Positions 27,859 to 37,482 of a stretch of 64,000 bases of DNA are shown here, one piece after another. The DNA is from an uncultured Thermoplasmatales archaeon (GTDB taxonomy: Archaea > Thermoplasmatota > E2 > DHVEG-1): NCBI GenBank assembly GCA_964481275.1, contig CAYZTD010000006.1, positions 27,643 to 91,642 of the forward strand, read 5' to 3'. Below the pieces are notes generated by a model, which was given only the letters and a program-made list of their open reading frames with translations, was not told the origin of the DNA and did not search any database. Each line of letters opens with the position of its first letter. The stretch's first letter is position 1. The translations under genes and the position numbers were made by a program.

Positions 27859-28170
27859 TTATGATCTTAGAACTATTTCGATGTTTACACCATCAGGAAC
27901 TTGAATACGCATAAGTTGACGAAGGGCACGATCACTTGCATCTAAATCAATTAAACGTTTATGTATTCGCATCTCCCAACGATCCCATGTTTCTGTTCCT
28001 TCACCATCAGGACTCTTTCTACATGGAACTTTTAAATGTTTTGTAGGAAGGGGTATAGGTCCACTAAGATCAACACCTGTTCTTTCAGCTATCATCTTAA
28101 TTTGAGCGCATACTTCATCCAGCTTTTTTGCATCAGTGCTTATGAGTGATATTCTTGCTTTTTGTGCCAT
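27859..28170 (-). CDS. rps10: 30S ribosomal protein S10 (uS10)
   Basis: MAQKARISL...GPIPLPTK...[15 protein letters not shown], located downstream of tuf as in the conserved archaeal str-type cluster. Confidence 0.95.
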   Translation of the reverse strand: MAQKARISLISTDAKKLDEVCAQIKMIAERTGVDLSGPIPLPTKHLKVPCRKSPDGEGTETWDRWEMRIHKRLIDLDASDRALRQLMRIQVPDGVNIEIVLRS

Positions 28171-28232
28171 TCCATGTTACTCCAAAAATTTTTATATAAC
28201 AAAAACTAAAATAAAAAAATTTAGAGAAGCTA

Positions 28233-29519
28233 TTATTTAGCTTCCTCTACATCCAAACATACACCCGCAGCAACTGTTTGACCCATGTCACGTATTGCAA
28301 ATCTTCCAAGTTGTGGTATTTTCTTGGATGGTTCAATGACCATTGGACGTGTTGGTATAATTTTTACTATTGCGGCATCACCAGTTTTTATAAAATCTGG
28401 GTTTTCTTCTTTTACCTGACCTGTTTTTGGATCAAGTTTTTTCTGAATTTCATCAAATCTACAAGCAACTTGTGCTGTATAACAGTGAAATACTGGTGTA
28501 TATCCTTTGGTTATAACACTTGGATGGTTTAGAACCATAATTTGGGCAGTAAATGATTTAGCTACAGTTGGTGGATCATTTGCAGGTCCTGCAACATCAC
28601 CACGTCTAATCTCTTTTTTACTGACTCCACGCATGTTTACTCCAACATTATCTCCTGGTTCTGCCTTTGCTATTTCTTCATGGTGCATCTCAATTGTTTT
28701 AACTTCGCCTGTTGCACCACCGGGTTTCATACTTGGTTTGAATATAACTTTGTCACCTGCTTTCATAATACCTGTTTCAATTTTTCCAACAGGTACTGTT
28801 CCAACACCTTTTATTGTATAGACATCTTGAATTGGCCATCTAAGTGGCAGATTTGTTGGTTTGTCTTCTAAAGTAAAGTTATCAATTCCTTGCAAGATTG
28901 TTGATCCATCCCACCAATCAATTTTACCTTTATCTTTTGCTGAGTTATCCCCAACAAATGCAGATACAGGAATGAATTGAACTTGATCGTCTTTGTAACC
29001 GACACTTTTTGCAAGTTTTTGTACATCTGCTTTTACTGCTTCAAATCTAGATTTATCATATGCAGGTTTTGTATCATCCATCTTGTTTATTGCAACAATC
29101 ATTTGTTTTACACCAAGGGTACGAGCAAGAAACATATGTTCTTTTGTTTGTGCCATGATTCCATCTGGTGCTGCTACGACAAGTATTGCTGCATCTGCTT
29201 GGGATGTACCAGTAATCATATTTTTAACAAAATCTCTGTGACCTGGAGCATCGATAATTGTTACATAATACTTGTCAGTATCAAATCTTTTATGTGCAAC
29301 ATCAATTGTAACTCCTCTTTCTCGCTCTTCTTTTAAATTATCAAAAATCCAAGCAAGTGCAAAACTTTCCTTTCCTTTTGCTTTAGCTTCTTCTTTATAT
29401 TTCTCAAGCATATGAGCTGGGAACTGACCTGTTTCAAGCAGGATCCTTCCAACTAATGTAGATTTTCCATGGTCGACATGACCAATAATTACAAGATTCA
29501 TATGTGGTTTATCTGCCAT
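28233..29519 (-). CDS. tuf: translation elongation factor EF-1 alpha
   Basis: [17 protein letters not shown] and NKMD GTPase motifs, full length at 428 aa. Confidence 0.97.
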   Translation of the reverse strand: MADKPHMNLVIIGHVDHGKSTLVGRILLETGQFPAHMLEKYKEEAKAKGKESFALAWIFDNLKEERERGVTIDVAHKRFDTDKYYVTIIDAPGHRDFVKNMITGTSQADAAILVVAAPDGIMAQTKEHMFLARTLGVKQMIVAINKMDDTKPAYDKSRFEAVKADVQKLAKSVGYKDDQVQFIPVSAFVGDNSAKDKGKIDWWDGSTILQGIDNFTLEDKPTNLPLRWPIQDVYTIKGVGTVPVGKIETGIMKAGDKVIFKPSMKPGGATGEVKTIEMHHEEIAKAEPGDNVGVNMRGVSKKEIRRGDVAGPANDPPTVAKSFTAQIMVLNHPSVITKGYTPVFHCYTAQVACRFDEIQKKLDPKTGQVKEENPDFIKTGDAAIVKIIPTRPMVIEPSKKIPQLGRFAIRDMGQTVAAGVCLDVEEAK

Positions 29520-29658
29520 AATATATTTTCCTCCTTTTTTTACAAATTTAGTTTTATCATATATATTCTTCTATTATTCTTTTTGAAGGTTTGATAGCCG
29601 TATAAGCTTCCTATTTATAAGTTTTATTCTTATAAAATACTTATAATTCAACGGCTGA

Positions 29659-29731
29659 TGGGCTCGGCCGGATTTGAACCGGCGACCTCCGCCATGTCAA
29701 GGCGACGTCATAACCCCTAGACTACGAGCCC
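29659..29731 (-). tRNA. tRNA-Val (anticodon GAC)
   Basis: Hand-folded 73 nt. Acceptor GGGCTCG/CGAGCCC, anticodon stem TCGCC/GGCGG with loop UUGACAU, T-arm GCCGG-TTCAAAT-CCGGC, discriminator A. Confidence 0.9.
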
Positions 29732-29914
29732 CGAAGTTTATTTATTTTTTAGTAGTTTTTTAAAATGTGAAATAACAAATCTTTCTTAAATGTTTCAGTC
29801 TATAAAAATATCTTGGCTTTATTAAAACATATGTAGGTACATATGCAAATACATAAATATGTACTAAAAATATTAATAAACTGATAAATCATTAGATATT
29901 TTCCTACAGACGGG

Positions 29915-30079
29915 ATGGAGAGGATGCATTTGAATGAATACGAAATAGTAACAAAACAAGAGGATAATAGTTTTTTTAAAAAAGAAGTAGAGATCGATGA
30001 TGATACATTTTTTATGTGGAAAATGGAACTAAAAAAAGAATTATCAACTTTTTGGGAAAAAATGGGAGGAATATCTTAA
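29915..30079 (+). CDS. hypothetical 54-aa protein
   Basis: ATG..TAA ORF below the track cutoff (MERMHLNEYEIVTKQEDNSFFKKEVEIDDDTFFMWKMELKKELSTFWEKMGGIS). It is preceded by GACGGG, and no homology is recognised. Confidence 0.3.
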   Translation: MERMHLNEYEIVTKQEDNSFFKKEVEIDDDTFFMWKMELKKELSTFWEKMGGIS

Positions 30080-30145
30080 GAGATTAAAAAGTTAAAAATT
30101 TTGTAAAAACATTATATATGTAGGATTCTATTAGACCTCCTCAGA

Positions 30146-30544
30146 ATGGCTTATAGAACACCCTCATTAACAGTAGATGGAGCAATAGTAAAAGAAAATA
30201 AAATCCTCTTGATTAAAAGAAGAAATAATCCATTTAAAGGCTGCTGGGCTCTTCCTGGTGGTTTTGTAGAATATAATGAAAAAGTTGAAGATGCTGTTAT
30301 TAGAGAAATAAGAGAAGAAACAGGTTTAAACACAAAAATCAAAGAATTAATAGGAATATATTCAGATCCAAACCGTGATCCACGTGGACATACTGTTTCT
30401 ATTGTTTATAAACTAGACATTATAAAAGGTAATCTAAAAAGCGGAGACGACGCAGCTGATACAAAATTTTTTGATTTTAAAAATCTACCTAAACTTAGTT
30501 TTGATCATGATAAAATAATAAAAAACATTAGGAGGGAAAAATAA
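30146..30544 (+). CDS. NUDIX hydrolase
   Basis: Nudix box GGFVEYNEKVEDAVIREIREETGL. Confidence 0.85.
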   Translation: MAYRTPSLTVDGAIVKENKILLIKRRNNPFKGCWALPGGFVEYNEKVEDAVIREIREETGLNTKIKELIGIYSDPNRDPRGHTVSIVYKLDIIKGNLKSGDDAADTKFFDFKNLPKLSFDHDKIIKNIRREK

Positions 30545-30547
30545 AAT

Positions 30548-30850
30548 ATGTTTTGTCCAAAATGTAAATGTTTAATGTATCCACAGGACGACTTTATGGT
30601 ATGTCGTAAATGTGGCTTTAAAAAAAAGAAAAGAGGAAGTAACGTAGTTGTAAACAAACAAGAAAAAAAAGAAGTACCAATAATTGAAAATAAAGATGAG
30701 AATAATATTTTACCAAAAACAAAAATTAAATGTCCAAAATGTGGAAACAATGAAGCATATTGGATGATACGGCAGATGAGAAGCAGTGATGAACCGGAGA
30801 GCAGATTTTATACCTGTACTAAATGTGGATATAAGTGGAGAGAAGATTAA
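30548..30850 (+). CDS. tfs: transcription factor S (TFS / RpoM-like)
   Basis: N-terminal zinc ribbon CPKC...CRKC and C-terminal ribbon CPKCG...QMRSSDEPESRFYTCTKCG with an acidic DE loop. Starts 3 nt after the NUDIX stop. Confidence 0.85.
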   Translation: MFCPKCKCLMYPQDDFMVCRKCGFKKKKRGSNVVVNKQEKKEVPIIENKDENNILPKTKIKCPKCGNNEAYWMIRQMRSSDEPESRFYTCTKCGYKWRED

Positions 30851-30965
30851 AAATAATTTGGATTCATCTTTTAATATTGGCTAAAATGAGCCAAATGTTT
30901 ATATATTTATACTAATATAAAAGATAGCTTTAATCTAAGGTATAAAAGAGAGGGGGAGCAAAAAA

Positions 30966-31667
30966 ATGAAAAGTAGAATAAAAAAAGCTTTGGTTCTGAT
31001 AATATTTTTATTATTTATATCAGTAACAGCAGTTGATACTTGTTTTTGTAAGACACTTAATAAAAAAGTTGAGAAAGAAGAAATAATTGATACAAAAACA
31101 GTTACTTTATATAGACATGGATTAAAAGGTGAGATTACTCAAGTTGAAACACAAATTAAATTAAAGGAAAGTATGAATATTGAAAAAGCTCTTGAAGAAA
31201 AATGTAAGGAACTTTTTAAAGAAGATAACGAATTTCAAAATTACATAAAAAGTAAGATATTACAATTAAACAACTCAAATTTAACATTGGATGTAGGATT
31301 ATTTTTTATTTCATCTTATGGAAAAGGGTTTCATTTTAAAACAAAATGGGTTTTAAGAATGGTTATAAAATATGTTTTATTCAAACTCAATTTACCATCT
31401 TTAGGAGTACCTGGAAGAAAACGTATTTTATTTTGTAGCTATAAAAATGATCTTAATGCTTTAACAAATGTAACCCCAATAATAAGTGTATTAGGTAATA
31501 AAAATAATACAGTAATAAATGGTAATCATACAATAGCTGTATTAAATTTTAGAGGTTTTACTACTTGGCCAGGGCGTTTTGCAAATTTATTTTCCTTATT
31601 TACTAACTTTAAACCAATATTATCACGTTCATTCTATGGAATTACACCGTTCTACACAATAATTTAA
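30966..31667 (+). CDS. secreted hypothetical protein
   Basis: Signal peptide KKALVLIIFLLFISVTAV, SD GAGGGGGAG upstream, no recognised domain. Confidence 0.55.
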   Translation: MKSRIKKALVLIIFLLFISVTAVDTCFCKTLNKKVEKEEIIDTKTVTLYRHGLKGEITQVETQIKLKESMNIEKALEEKCKELFKEDNEFQNYIKSKILQLNNSNLTLDVGLFFISSYGKGFHFKTKWVLRMVIKYVLFKLNLPSLGVPGRKRILFCSYKNDLNALTNVTPIISVLGNKNNTVINGNHTIAVLNFRGFTTWPGRFANLFSLFTNFKPILSRSFYGITPFYTII

Positions 31668-31769
31668 TAAAATATACCGTCAGTGTTATAAACTCTAAAT
31701 GTATATTAATTTCAGAAAAAACAGGTTAACTATAACTATAAAATGTTATTTGGGGAGGAAAAGAATAGC

Positions 31770-32507
31770 ATGTTTAATGCAAAGGTTAAATCAGAGGTAT
31801 TAAAAGGTATAATTGATGTTACATCACCATTGGTAAATGAAGTAAAACTAAATATAAATTCCAAAGGTATCTCTCTTAGAGCAGTAGATCCTGCACATGT
31901 AGCATTAGTTGATTTAGATATTAAAAAAGATGCTTTTGAAGAATACAAAGCCGATGACATGGAACTAGGAATAGACATGGATAAACTAGGAAGTATCATG
32001 CGTCTATCAGGTACTGGCGATACAGTAAATATGGAATATGATGAAGACACCAATAGATTAGTACTAAAAATTGGAAATCTTACAAGAAGAATGGGTTTGA
32101 TAGATACCGCAGGTATGCCTGATCCAAAGATGCCTAACCTTGATCTACCAGGAAAAGTAGTATTAAAAGCATCTGAATTAACTCAAGGAGTCCGTGCATC
32201 TGAAGCTGTATCAGATCATTTAGCTCTAACTTTAAACAAAGATGATTTTGAGTTATATGCTGAGGGTGATACAGATACAGTTAACCTTAAACTACCAAAA
32301 AAATTACTTATAGATTTGAAAACAAATAGTAAATGTAAGAGCTTGTTTTCAATAGACTACTTTAGTAACATGATAAAACCAGTGCATGGTGAAAATCCTG
32401 TAACAATAATGATGGGAAACGATAATCCTATAAAAGTCGAGTTTGAAATAGCAAATAAAAAAGGACGAGTGACATATCTACTGGCTCCAAGAATTGAATC
32501 CGAATAA
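31770..32507 (+). CDS. pcn: DNA polymerase sliding clamp PCNA
   Basis: MFNAKVKSEVLKGIIDVTSPLVNEVKLNINSKGISLRAVDPAHVALVDL is a typical PCNA N-terminus. ATG 31770 follows the SD GGGGAGG, and the track start 31743 lies upstream of that SD. Confidence 0.9.
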   Translation: MFNAKVKSEVLKGIIDVTSPLVNEVKLNINSKGISLRAVDPAHVALVDLDIKKDAFEEYKADDMELGIDMDKLGSIMRLSGTGDTVNMEYDEDTNRLVLKIGNLTRRMGLIDTAGMPDPKMPNLDLPGKVVLKASELTQGVRASEAVSDHLALTLNKDDFELYAEGDTDTVNLKLPKKLLIDLKTNSKCKSLFSIDYFSNMIKPVHGENPVTIMMGNDNPIKVEFEIANKKGRVTYLLAPRIESE

Positions 32508-32542
32508 AAAAAATTCTTTTTAATTTTTTTGAGGTGTAATAT

Positions 32543-32869
32543 ATAATTAAAGAAGGCAGACGCCGGAGATATATTGGTTTTATAATTTCAAAAAAAGATG
32601 ATGAATTTGTTATTTCTAAAGATGATATGATACAAGCTATAAGAAATAAATGTAAAGAACTATACAAAGAAAAATGTAAAAAAATGGGTCTTTTTTTAGT
32701 AAGATTTGATGGAAATAGAGGCATAATTCGTTGTAAAAATTTAGAAAAAGAAAATGTTATCAATCTTTTGAATTTAATAAATCAAGTTAATTCAAAAAAA
32801 TTAGATATAAAAACTGTTGGAACATCCGGCACCATAAAATCTCTTATCAAAAAACATTTTAAGAGTTGA
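32543..32869 (+). CDS. rnp2: RNase P protein component 2 (Pop5/Rpp14 family)
   Basis: RRRRYIGFIISKK...GLFLVRFDGNRGIIRCKN...IKTVGTSGTIKSL matches the Pop5 pattern. The conserved N-terminal block lies upstream of the first ATG (32627). The frame opens at 32540 and only ATA 32543 or ATT 32546 follow the SD AGGTG, so the start is uncertain. Confidence 0.7.
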   Translation: MIKEGRRRRYIGFIISKKDDEFVISKDDMIQAIRNKCKELYKEKCKKMGLFLVRFDGNRGIIRCKNLEKENVINLLNLINQVNSKKLDIKTVGTSGTIKSLIKKHFKS

Positions 32870-33020
32870 ATTGTAAAGTATTAATAGGGTATAGTAGAAA
32901 AAAAAATAGAATTTTTATTTTTTTGCATGTATGTATGCAGACGAATATGTAAGTGAATAATTACAAAAACGATAAGTTCTTAAAAGAAAGTTTCATATAT
33001 ATTATTGAGTTGAGGATGGG

Positions 33021-33353
33021 ATGCAGGACGGAGATAGTGACGAAAATATGTCTCCTGATATTCTTAGACCTATAGTTATGAGGTCTTTGAGAAGGAGTAT
33101 TGTCAGAAAAAAAATTGCTGAATATCTTTTTGATATAAGTCCAAGTGGGAGTTACACTTCTGATATTGCATATAATGTTAAAACTACCCCTACAAATGTG
33201 ATTGGAGCAATAAGGGGCATGAATTCAAGATACAGAGAAGAAGAATCCCTCATAGGTCTTAATTTAGTTGAAAAAATAGAAAGTAAACACAATGTTAAAA
33301 TCTATAAACTTACTGATTTTGGAAAAGAAATAGTTAGAAACATTAAAGAATAA
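33021..33353 (+). CDS. winged-helix DNA-binding protein (putative transcription regulator)
   Basis: 110 aa. IVRKKIAEYLFDISPSGSYTSDIAYNVKTTPTNVIGAIRGM...KIYKLTDFG has a wHTH-like layout. Confidence 0.5.
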   Translation: MQDGDSDENMSPDILRPIVMRSLRRSIVRKKIAEYLFDISPSGSYTSDIAYNVKTTPTNVIGAIRGMNSRYREEESLIGLNLVEKIESKHNVKIYKLTDFGKEIVRNIKE

Positions 33354-33419
33354 AAAAAAGAATGGAAAAAAAGATTTTAAAAAAGAATTTTAGATATAAA
33401 TTATCTTATAAGTTCTATA

Positions 33420-33572
33420 TTAAAATCTTCTTGGTTTTTTCTTTTTATAACAGTCCCTGCAATAAACTGGACGTTCGCCATCTGGTTTAAAAGGAACTTC
33501 AGTTTCTTTTCCACATTCTGCACATGTCACTTTATGCATTTCTCGTGGTGGACCTCTATTATCTCTATACAT
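33420..33572 (-). CDS. CxxC-x17-CxxC zinc-ribbon protein (50 aa)
   Basis: Translated by hand: MYRDNRGPPREMHKVTCAECGKETEVPFKPDGERPVYCRDCYKKKKPRRF. The spacing is exactly CxxC-17-CxxC with a basic tail. Below the ORF-track cutoff. Confidence 0.65.
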   Translation of the reverse strand: MYRDNRGPPREMHKVTCAECGKETEVPFKPDGERPVYCRDCYKKKKPRRF

Positions 33573-33687
33573 TTTATTTCCTTCCATAACACTTATTTAG
33601 AAATAAGCGTTTTATATCCTGGCAAGCAATAAGTACTATATAATAACATCGTGATTTTCTTTAGCTAAAAATAAAATAATTATAGAT

Positions 33688-33852
33688 TTAAGTATAATTT
33701 CTCCATGACTCATCATCTTCATCATCACTTTCATATTCATCATCTTCAAATATTCCATAATCTTCTAATCTATCTTCATCATCCATTTCTTCAGAATGTT
33801 TTTTTTGACTTTTTTCTTTCTTTTTAGTTGTTTTTCTTTTTTTAGGTGGCAT
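33688..33852 (-). CDS. 54-aa protein with basic N-terminus and acidic C-terminus
   Basis: MPPKKRKTTKKKEKSQKKHSEEMDDEDRLEDYGIFEDDEYESDDEDDESWRNYT. A strong SD (AAAGGAGGAT, complement of 33860-33869) lies about 8 nt upstream of the ATG. Confidence 0.45.
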   Translation of the reverse strand: MPPKKRKTTKKKEKSQKKHSEEMDDEDRLEDYGIFEDDEYESDDEDDESWRNYT

Positions 33853-34047
33853 AGTTATTTAATCCTCCTTTTTGAAATCTATCTCTTTTAACTTGATAGT
33901 TTACCATTCATCTGTTAATAAGGATTGAGAGAAAATTACAAGGAAAAAATCAATAAAATCGTAAAAAACGCGGAAAAAACTTAAAAATTGATTTTATTTC
34001 GTTGCAAAATAACCTTTTTAAAGGAAAAAATAATTAGAGAGGATTAA

Positions 34048-34653
34048 ATGTTTGAAATTCTTGGTCTTATCGACTCAGAGACATATGCATGGATTTTATT
34101 ACCCTTGCTGATATTTTTTGCTCGTGTCTGTGATGTAAGCATAGGTACAATTCGTATAATCTTTGTATCAAAAGGGATAAAATATTTGGCTACACTTCTT
34201 GGATTTTTTGAAATACTAATTTGGCTTTTGGCAATTAGTCAGATAATGCAGAATCTTACAAATGTTTACTATTATATATTTTATGCAGGTGGTTTTGCAA
34301 CAGGTAATTTTGTCGGAATTTTAATTGATGAAAAGTTATCTATTGGAACTGTTATGGTTAGAATAATTACTAGAAAAGAAGCAAAAGATCTGATTGGTGC
34401 TTTGAAAAAAGCCAAATACAGAGTTACTTCTGTAGATGCAGATGGATCTAAAGGTAAAGTAAAGATTATTTTTACAGTTGTAAATCGTCAGAATATTCAA
34501 GATGTAATAAAGATTGTAAAAAAATTTAATCCTAACGCATTTTATTCTATCGAAGATATTAGATATGTTAGTGAAATTTTGCCATCTTATGCAAAGACAT
34601 GGTATAAAAATGATTTTTTTAGATTTTTTAAATGGCGTCGTAAAGGAAAATAA
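34048..34653 (+). CDS. UPF0316/DUF2179-domain membrane protein
   Basis: Three N-terminal TM segments with ARVCDVSIGTIRIIFVSKG. The C-terminal soluble domain VTSVDADGSKGKVKIIFTVVNRQ...AFYSIEDIR resembles Bacillus YebE-type proteins. Confidence 0.7.
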   Translation: MFEILGLIDSETYAWILLPLLIFFARVCDVSIGTIRIIFVSKGIKYLATLLGFFEILIWLLAISQIMQNLTNVYYYIFYAGGFATGNFVGILIDEKLSIGTVMVRIITRKEAKDLIGALKKAKYRVTSVDADGSKGKVKIIFTVVNRQNIQDVIKIVKKFNPNAFYSIEDIRYVSEILPSYAKTWYKNDFFRFFKWRRKGK

Positions 34654-34672
34654 TAGAATTTAATTTATAATT

Positions 34673-34711
34673 GAGAGCGGAAGAGAATTAAAAACATATG
34701 TTTCCGCTCTC
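34673..34711 (+). terminator. stem-loop 20 nt downstream of the DUF2179 gene
   Basis: Perfect 10-bp inverted repeat GAGAGCGGAA (34673-34682) / TTCCGCTCTC (34702-34711) with a 19-nt loop. It is GC-rich relative to its surroundings and has no clear T-run. Confidence 0.35.
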
Positions 34712-35008
34712 TATAAAGATAGTTGAATTAAAACCCTGCCTCTTCAAAATAGGCATATTGATTGGGATAGATATTGAAAAAATTATTTCTTGCTTTTTTT
34801 CTCTTTCTTTTTCTTTGGGGCCACTATTTTTTCACCTCTCTCGGGATTAATCCCTAAAAATAGTATTTATAACCTAATTCATAAAAAACACTACAGGATT
34901 CCTGTGAAATTAAAAAACAAATAACAATAATCCAAGGAAATTCTTACTAAAAAGCAAAATTTTTACATTTTTTATCTGATAATATTTTTACTAAATATAT
35001 GAAGGTTT

Positions 35009-35464
35009 TTATGGTATTTCCAGTGGCGAAATAAATTCATTATCTGCTTCTAACACTGTTACTATCTCCTCATCTCTCAAACCTAATGGTAGAAGCTGCA
35101 TTCTGATAATCTCTTTTAAATCTTTATAAGATGGTGCTACTATAAAAATCGCTAACCTTTTATTTCCAGATATCTGATAGACTCGTAAAACATTTTTTAC
35201 TTTTTTAACTTTATTTGTAATAGAGTCAAGATCAGAAGAAGAAACAGGATTTGCAAATATTATAGAAAAAAAATTCAAACCAAGAGCCGTCTTATCAATA
35301 AGAGCAGTATAACCCTGAATTATGCCTACTCTTTCCATAGCTTTAATTCGATCTCTAATTGTAGTTTCAGAGCGTTTAAGCTCAGATGCAATCTCTTTGT
35401 ATGTAACACGAGCATCTTTCTGTAGTAAATAAAGAATTTTCTTATTAATATTATCAATTTTCAC
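35009..35464 (-). CDS. Lrp/AsnC family transcriptional regulator
   Basis: IDNINKKILYLLQKDARVTYKEIASELKRSETTIRDRIKAMERVGIIQGYTALID plus a C-terminal RAM-like domain. GTG start. Confidence 0.9.
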   Translation of the reverse strand: MKIDNINKKILYLLQKDARVTYKEIASELKRSETTIRDRIKAMERVGIIQGYTALIDKTALGLNFFSIIFANPVSSSDLDSITNKVKKVKNVLRVYQISGNKRLAIFIVAPSYKDLKEIIRMQLLPLGLRDEEIVTVLEADNEFISPLEIP

Positions 35465-35549
35465 AACACAGTAAATAAATTATAGTTATAAAAATCTAGA
35501 GTATTGTTTTTGTTTAAAGTAATGATAAAGAAAATAATTTTCGTTGAAA

Positions 35550-35975
35550 TTAACCTTCAATTCTTTTTAAGTAATGGAACCAACCAAAAACAATAGCACC
35601 TGTATAAAAAAATACAAGCATAAAAATGTAAAGACTATTATTTATAATAAGTGTTACGTTATCCTCTATAAATATAACTAAAAAAGAAAGACATCCTGTA
35701 GATATAAATAAAAAAACAAAAAAAAGAAACTCGAAAGGTTTACTCTGAGGATAATTTTTCTTAAAATAATTTTTAACTTTTTCTTTATTTTTTGTTATTG
35801 CCCTAGCAAAGATTGCCCATATCGCTATTGCAATGAAATATGAATACCAAAAAACCGATACTATACGAGCTTCTACACTTAAAAAAACAAATCTCATCAG
35901 AAGATACCATACAATAATAATAAGAAGCACAGAAATTGTTACAGACCAAGATTCAATAGTTTTTATTATTTTCAT
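35550..35975 (-). CDS. hypothetical membrane protein
   Basis: Four predicted TM segments. The track start is TTG 36002, and ATG 35975 (MKIIKTIESW) is preferred. Confidence 0.5.
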   Translation of the reverse strand: MKIIKTIESWSVTISVLLIIIVWYLLMRFVFLSVEARIVSVFWYSYFIAIAIWAIFARAITKNKEKVKNYFKKNYPQSKPFEFLFFVFLFISTGCLSFLVIFIEDNVTLIINNSLYIFMLVFFYTGAIVFGWFHYLKRIEG

Positions 35976-36158
35976 TTTCTTTTGTTGTTTATTATAAATC
36001 AAATGACATGGTTTATATTTTTCTTAAAAGCAGAAATTTTAATTTTAGGGAAGAACTGAAATTATAACAGATTAGCACAAATAATAGATAAAGAAATTAT
36101 AGTTATAAAATTCCCGAAAAATTTTTATTTATCAAATAGGGTAAGGTTTTTTATCAAA

Positions 36159-36668
36159 ATGGATAAAAAAAATTTGTTTAAAGCTTTAAGTAGCGAAACT
36201 AGAATAAAAATAATGAAGATACTTTCAAAAAAGGAAATTCATTTATCAAGATTAGCAAGAGAGATAAGTATTTCCACACCTGTTACTTCAAGGCATGTAA
36301 AAATTCTTTTAGACTGTAAATTAATTAAAAAAAGAGTGATAGGAAATGTTCATTTGCTATATGCAAATCCTCAAATTTTAGATGATATATTAGAACCATT
36401 TGCTGAAGAATCTGTAATTGAAGTAAACAAAAATGATAATATTTACAAAGCTCTTAAGCAACTGCCTGGTGTGGAAGTTAAAAGAATCAATGGCAATCAG
36501 TTTATAACTTCAATAAATGGTGAGAAAGGATATTTTATATATGAAGTAGATGGAAAAATTCCCAAAATACCAATAGACAAATATAAAACAAAAAAAGATG
36601 TTACTCTAAATTTAAAGAAACTTGTTTCTGTAAATAAGAAAAAAGTAAATATTAAAGTTAAAGAGTAA
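36159..36668 (+). CDS. ArsR-family wHTH regulator with extra C-terminal domain
   Basis: LFKALSSETRIKIMKILSKKEIHLSRLAREISISTPVTSRHVKILLDCKLI is an ArsR/SmtB-type HTH. Confidence 0.75.
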   Translation: MDKKNLFKALSSETRIKIMKILSKKEIHLSRLAREISISTPVTSRHVKILLDCKLIKKRVIGNVHLLYANPQILDDILEPFAEESVIEVNKNDNIYKALKQLPGVEVKRINGNQFITSINGEKGYFIYEVDGKIPKIPIDKYKTKKDVTLNLKKLVSVNKKKVNIKVKE

Positions 36669-36751
36669 AAAATCAATAATTTTTTATATTTTACTTTCTG
36701 GAGGAGGCGTTTCATGAGGAGAAATCAAATCCATTAGGTATTTTTTTAGAA

Positions 36752-37237
36752 TTATTTGAATACTACTAACCAAAATACAGCAATAATTATGAATAATATT
36801 GTGAGAGGCTCCCATTTGTTAATAACTAAACCTAAAGATATCCCTGCTGCAGGTGCATGTTCTGTATTTGTAACTGCCATGATAAATATAGAAAAACCAA
36901 CTGCGATAGAACCAAATATGATTAAAGAGGTAGTTTGGCTAGCAAAAAGATTAGTTCCAATAGATGATTTTGAAACAAGATAGAAAATAAATCCTACAAA
37001 TAAACCTACGATATAACCTCCAATAAGACGTCTTGGATCAGATGAATATCGAGTGGGCATTGCAAATACAATAAAAGCACTTGCTCCAAGAGCAGTTATT
37101 AATGCTGCTTCATTTAATACATCTAAAAAAACAAGAATTGCAAGCATAGTAAGAGTTGCAAGAAAACACTGAAAAATGTATTTAAGAGTATTCTTTTTAA
37201 ATTTTTTATCAAAAATTATAACTCTTTTCATAAACAT
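36752..37237 (-). CDS. HPP-family membrane protein
   Basis: Four TM segments, with GASAFIVFAMP and TEHAPAAGISLG resembling the HPP motif region. Confidence 0.55.
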   Translation of the reverse strand: MFMKRVIIFDKKFKKNTLKYIFQCFLATLTMLAILVFLDVLNEAALITALGASAFIVFAMPTRYSSDPRRLIGGYIVGLFVGFIFYLVSKSSIGTNLFASQTTSLIIFGSIAVGFSIFIMAVTNTEHAPAAGISLGLVINKWEPLTILFIIIAVFWLVVFK

Positions 37238-37482
37238 CACGTAATTCTAAATTTATTATTGTTATAAACGTGTATTATAAACAATTTACTATGTTGATAT
37301 CCAAAAGGATTTATTAGTTATAGGCTAGTATAAAAGAAATATTGTAAAAAACGAGTATTTGCCGCCCCACATATTAAGTCGCTGAGGGGGTAATGTTTAC
37401 AATTGTACAATTTCTCTAAAAAAAAATTAGAATTCATTTTTTAGTTTTTCAAATATTTAGATGCAAAGTTAAAAATTTAATC

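Noticed and set aside
28278-29336. Plus-strand ORFs of 63-119 aa overlapping tuf
   Set aside because: They are antisense to EF-1alpha, and their Cys/Phe-rich composition is nonsensical.
29828-29864. Cluster of CATATG-type palindromes (ACATATGTA; GTACATAT..ATATGTAC) between tRNA-Val and the NUDIX gene
   Set aside because: Short AT-rich palindromes are expected by chance in a spacer with under 25% GC. No partner regulator or repeated copy exists elsewhere in the window.
34795-34850. 13-codon Lys-rich minus-strand ORF (VAPKKKKEKKSKK) behind a GAGGTGA SD
   Set aside because: It is too short and low-complexity to support. It has a GTG start and does not match L41e or other known tiny ribosomal proteins as I recall them.
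37361-37400. GC-rich patch GCCGCCCCACATATTAAGTCGCTGAGGGGG upstream of the helicase gene, considered as a C/D-box sRNA or tRNA fragment
   Set aside because: There is a CTGA D-box-like element but no convincing C box (RUGAUGA) or terminal stem, and no cloverleaf can be drawn.
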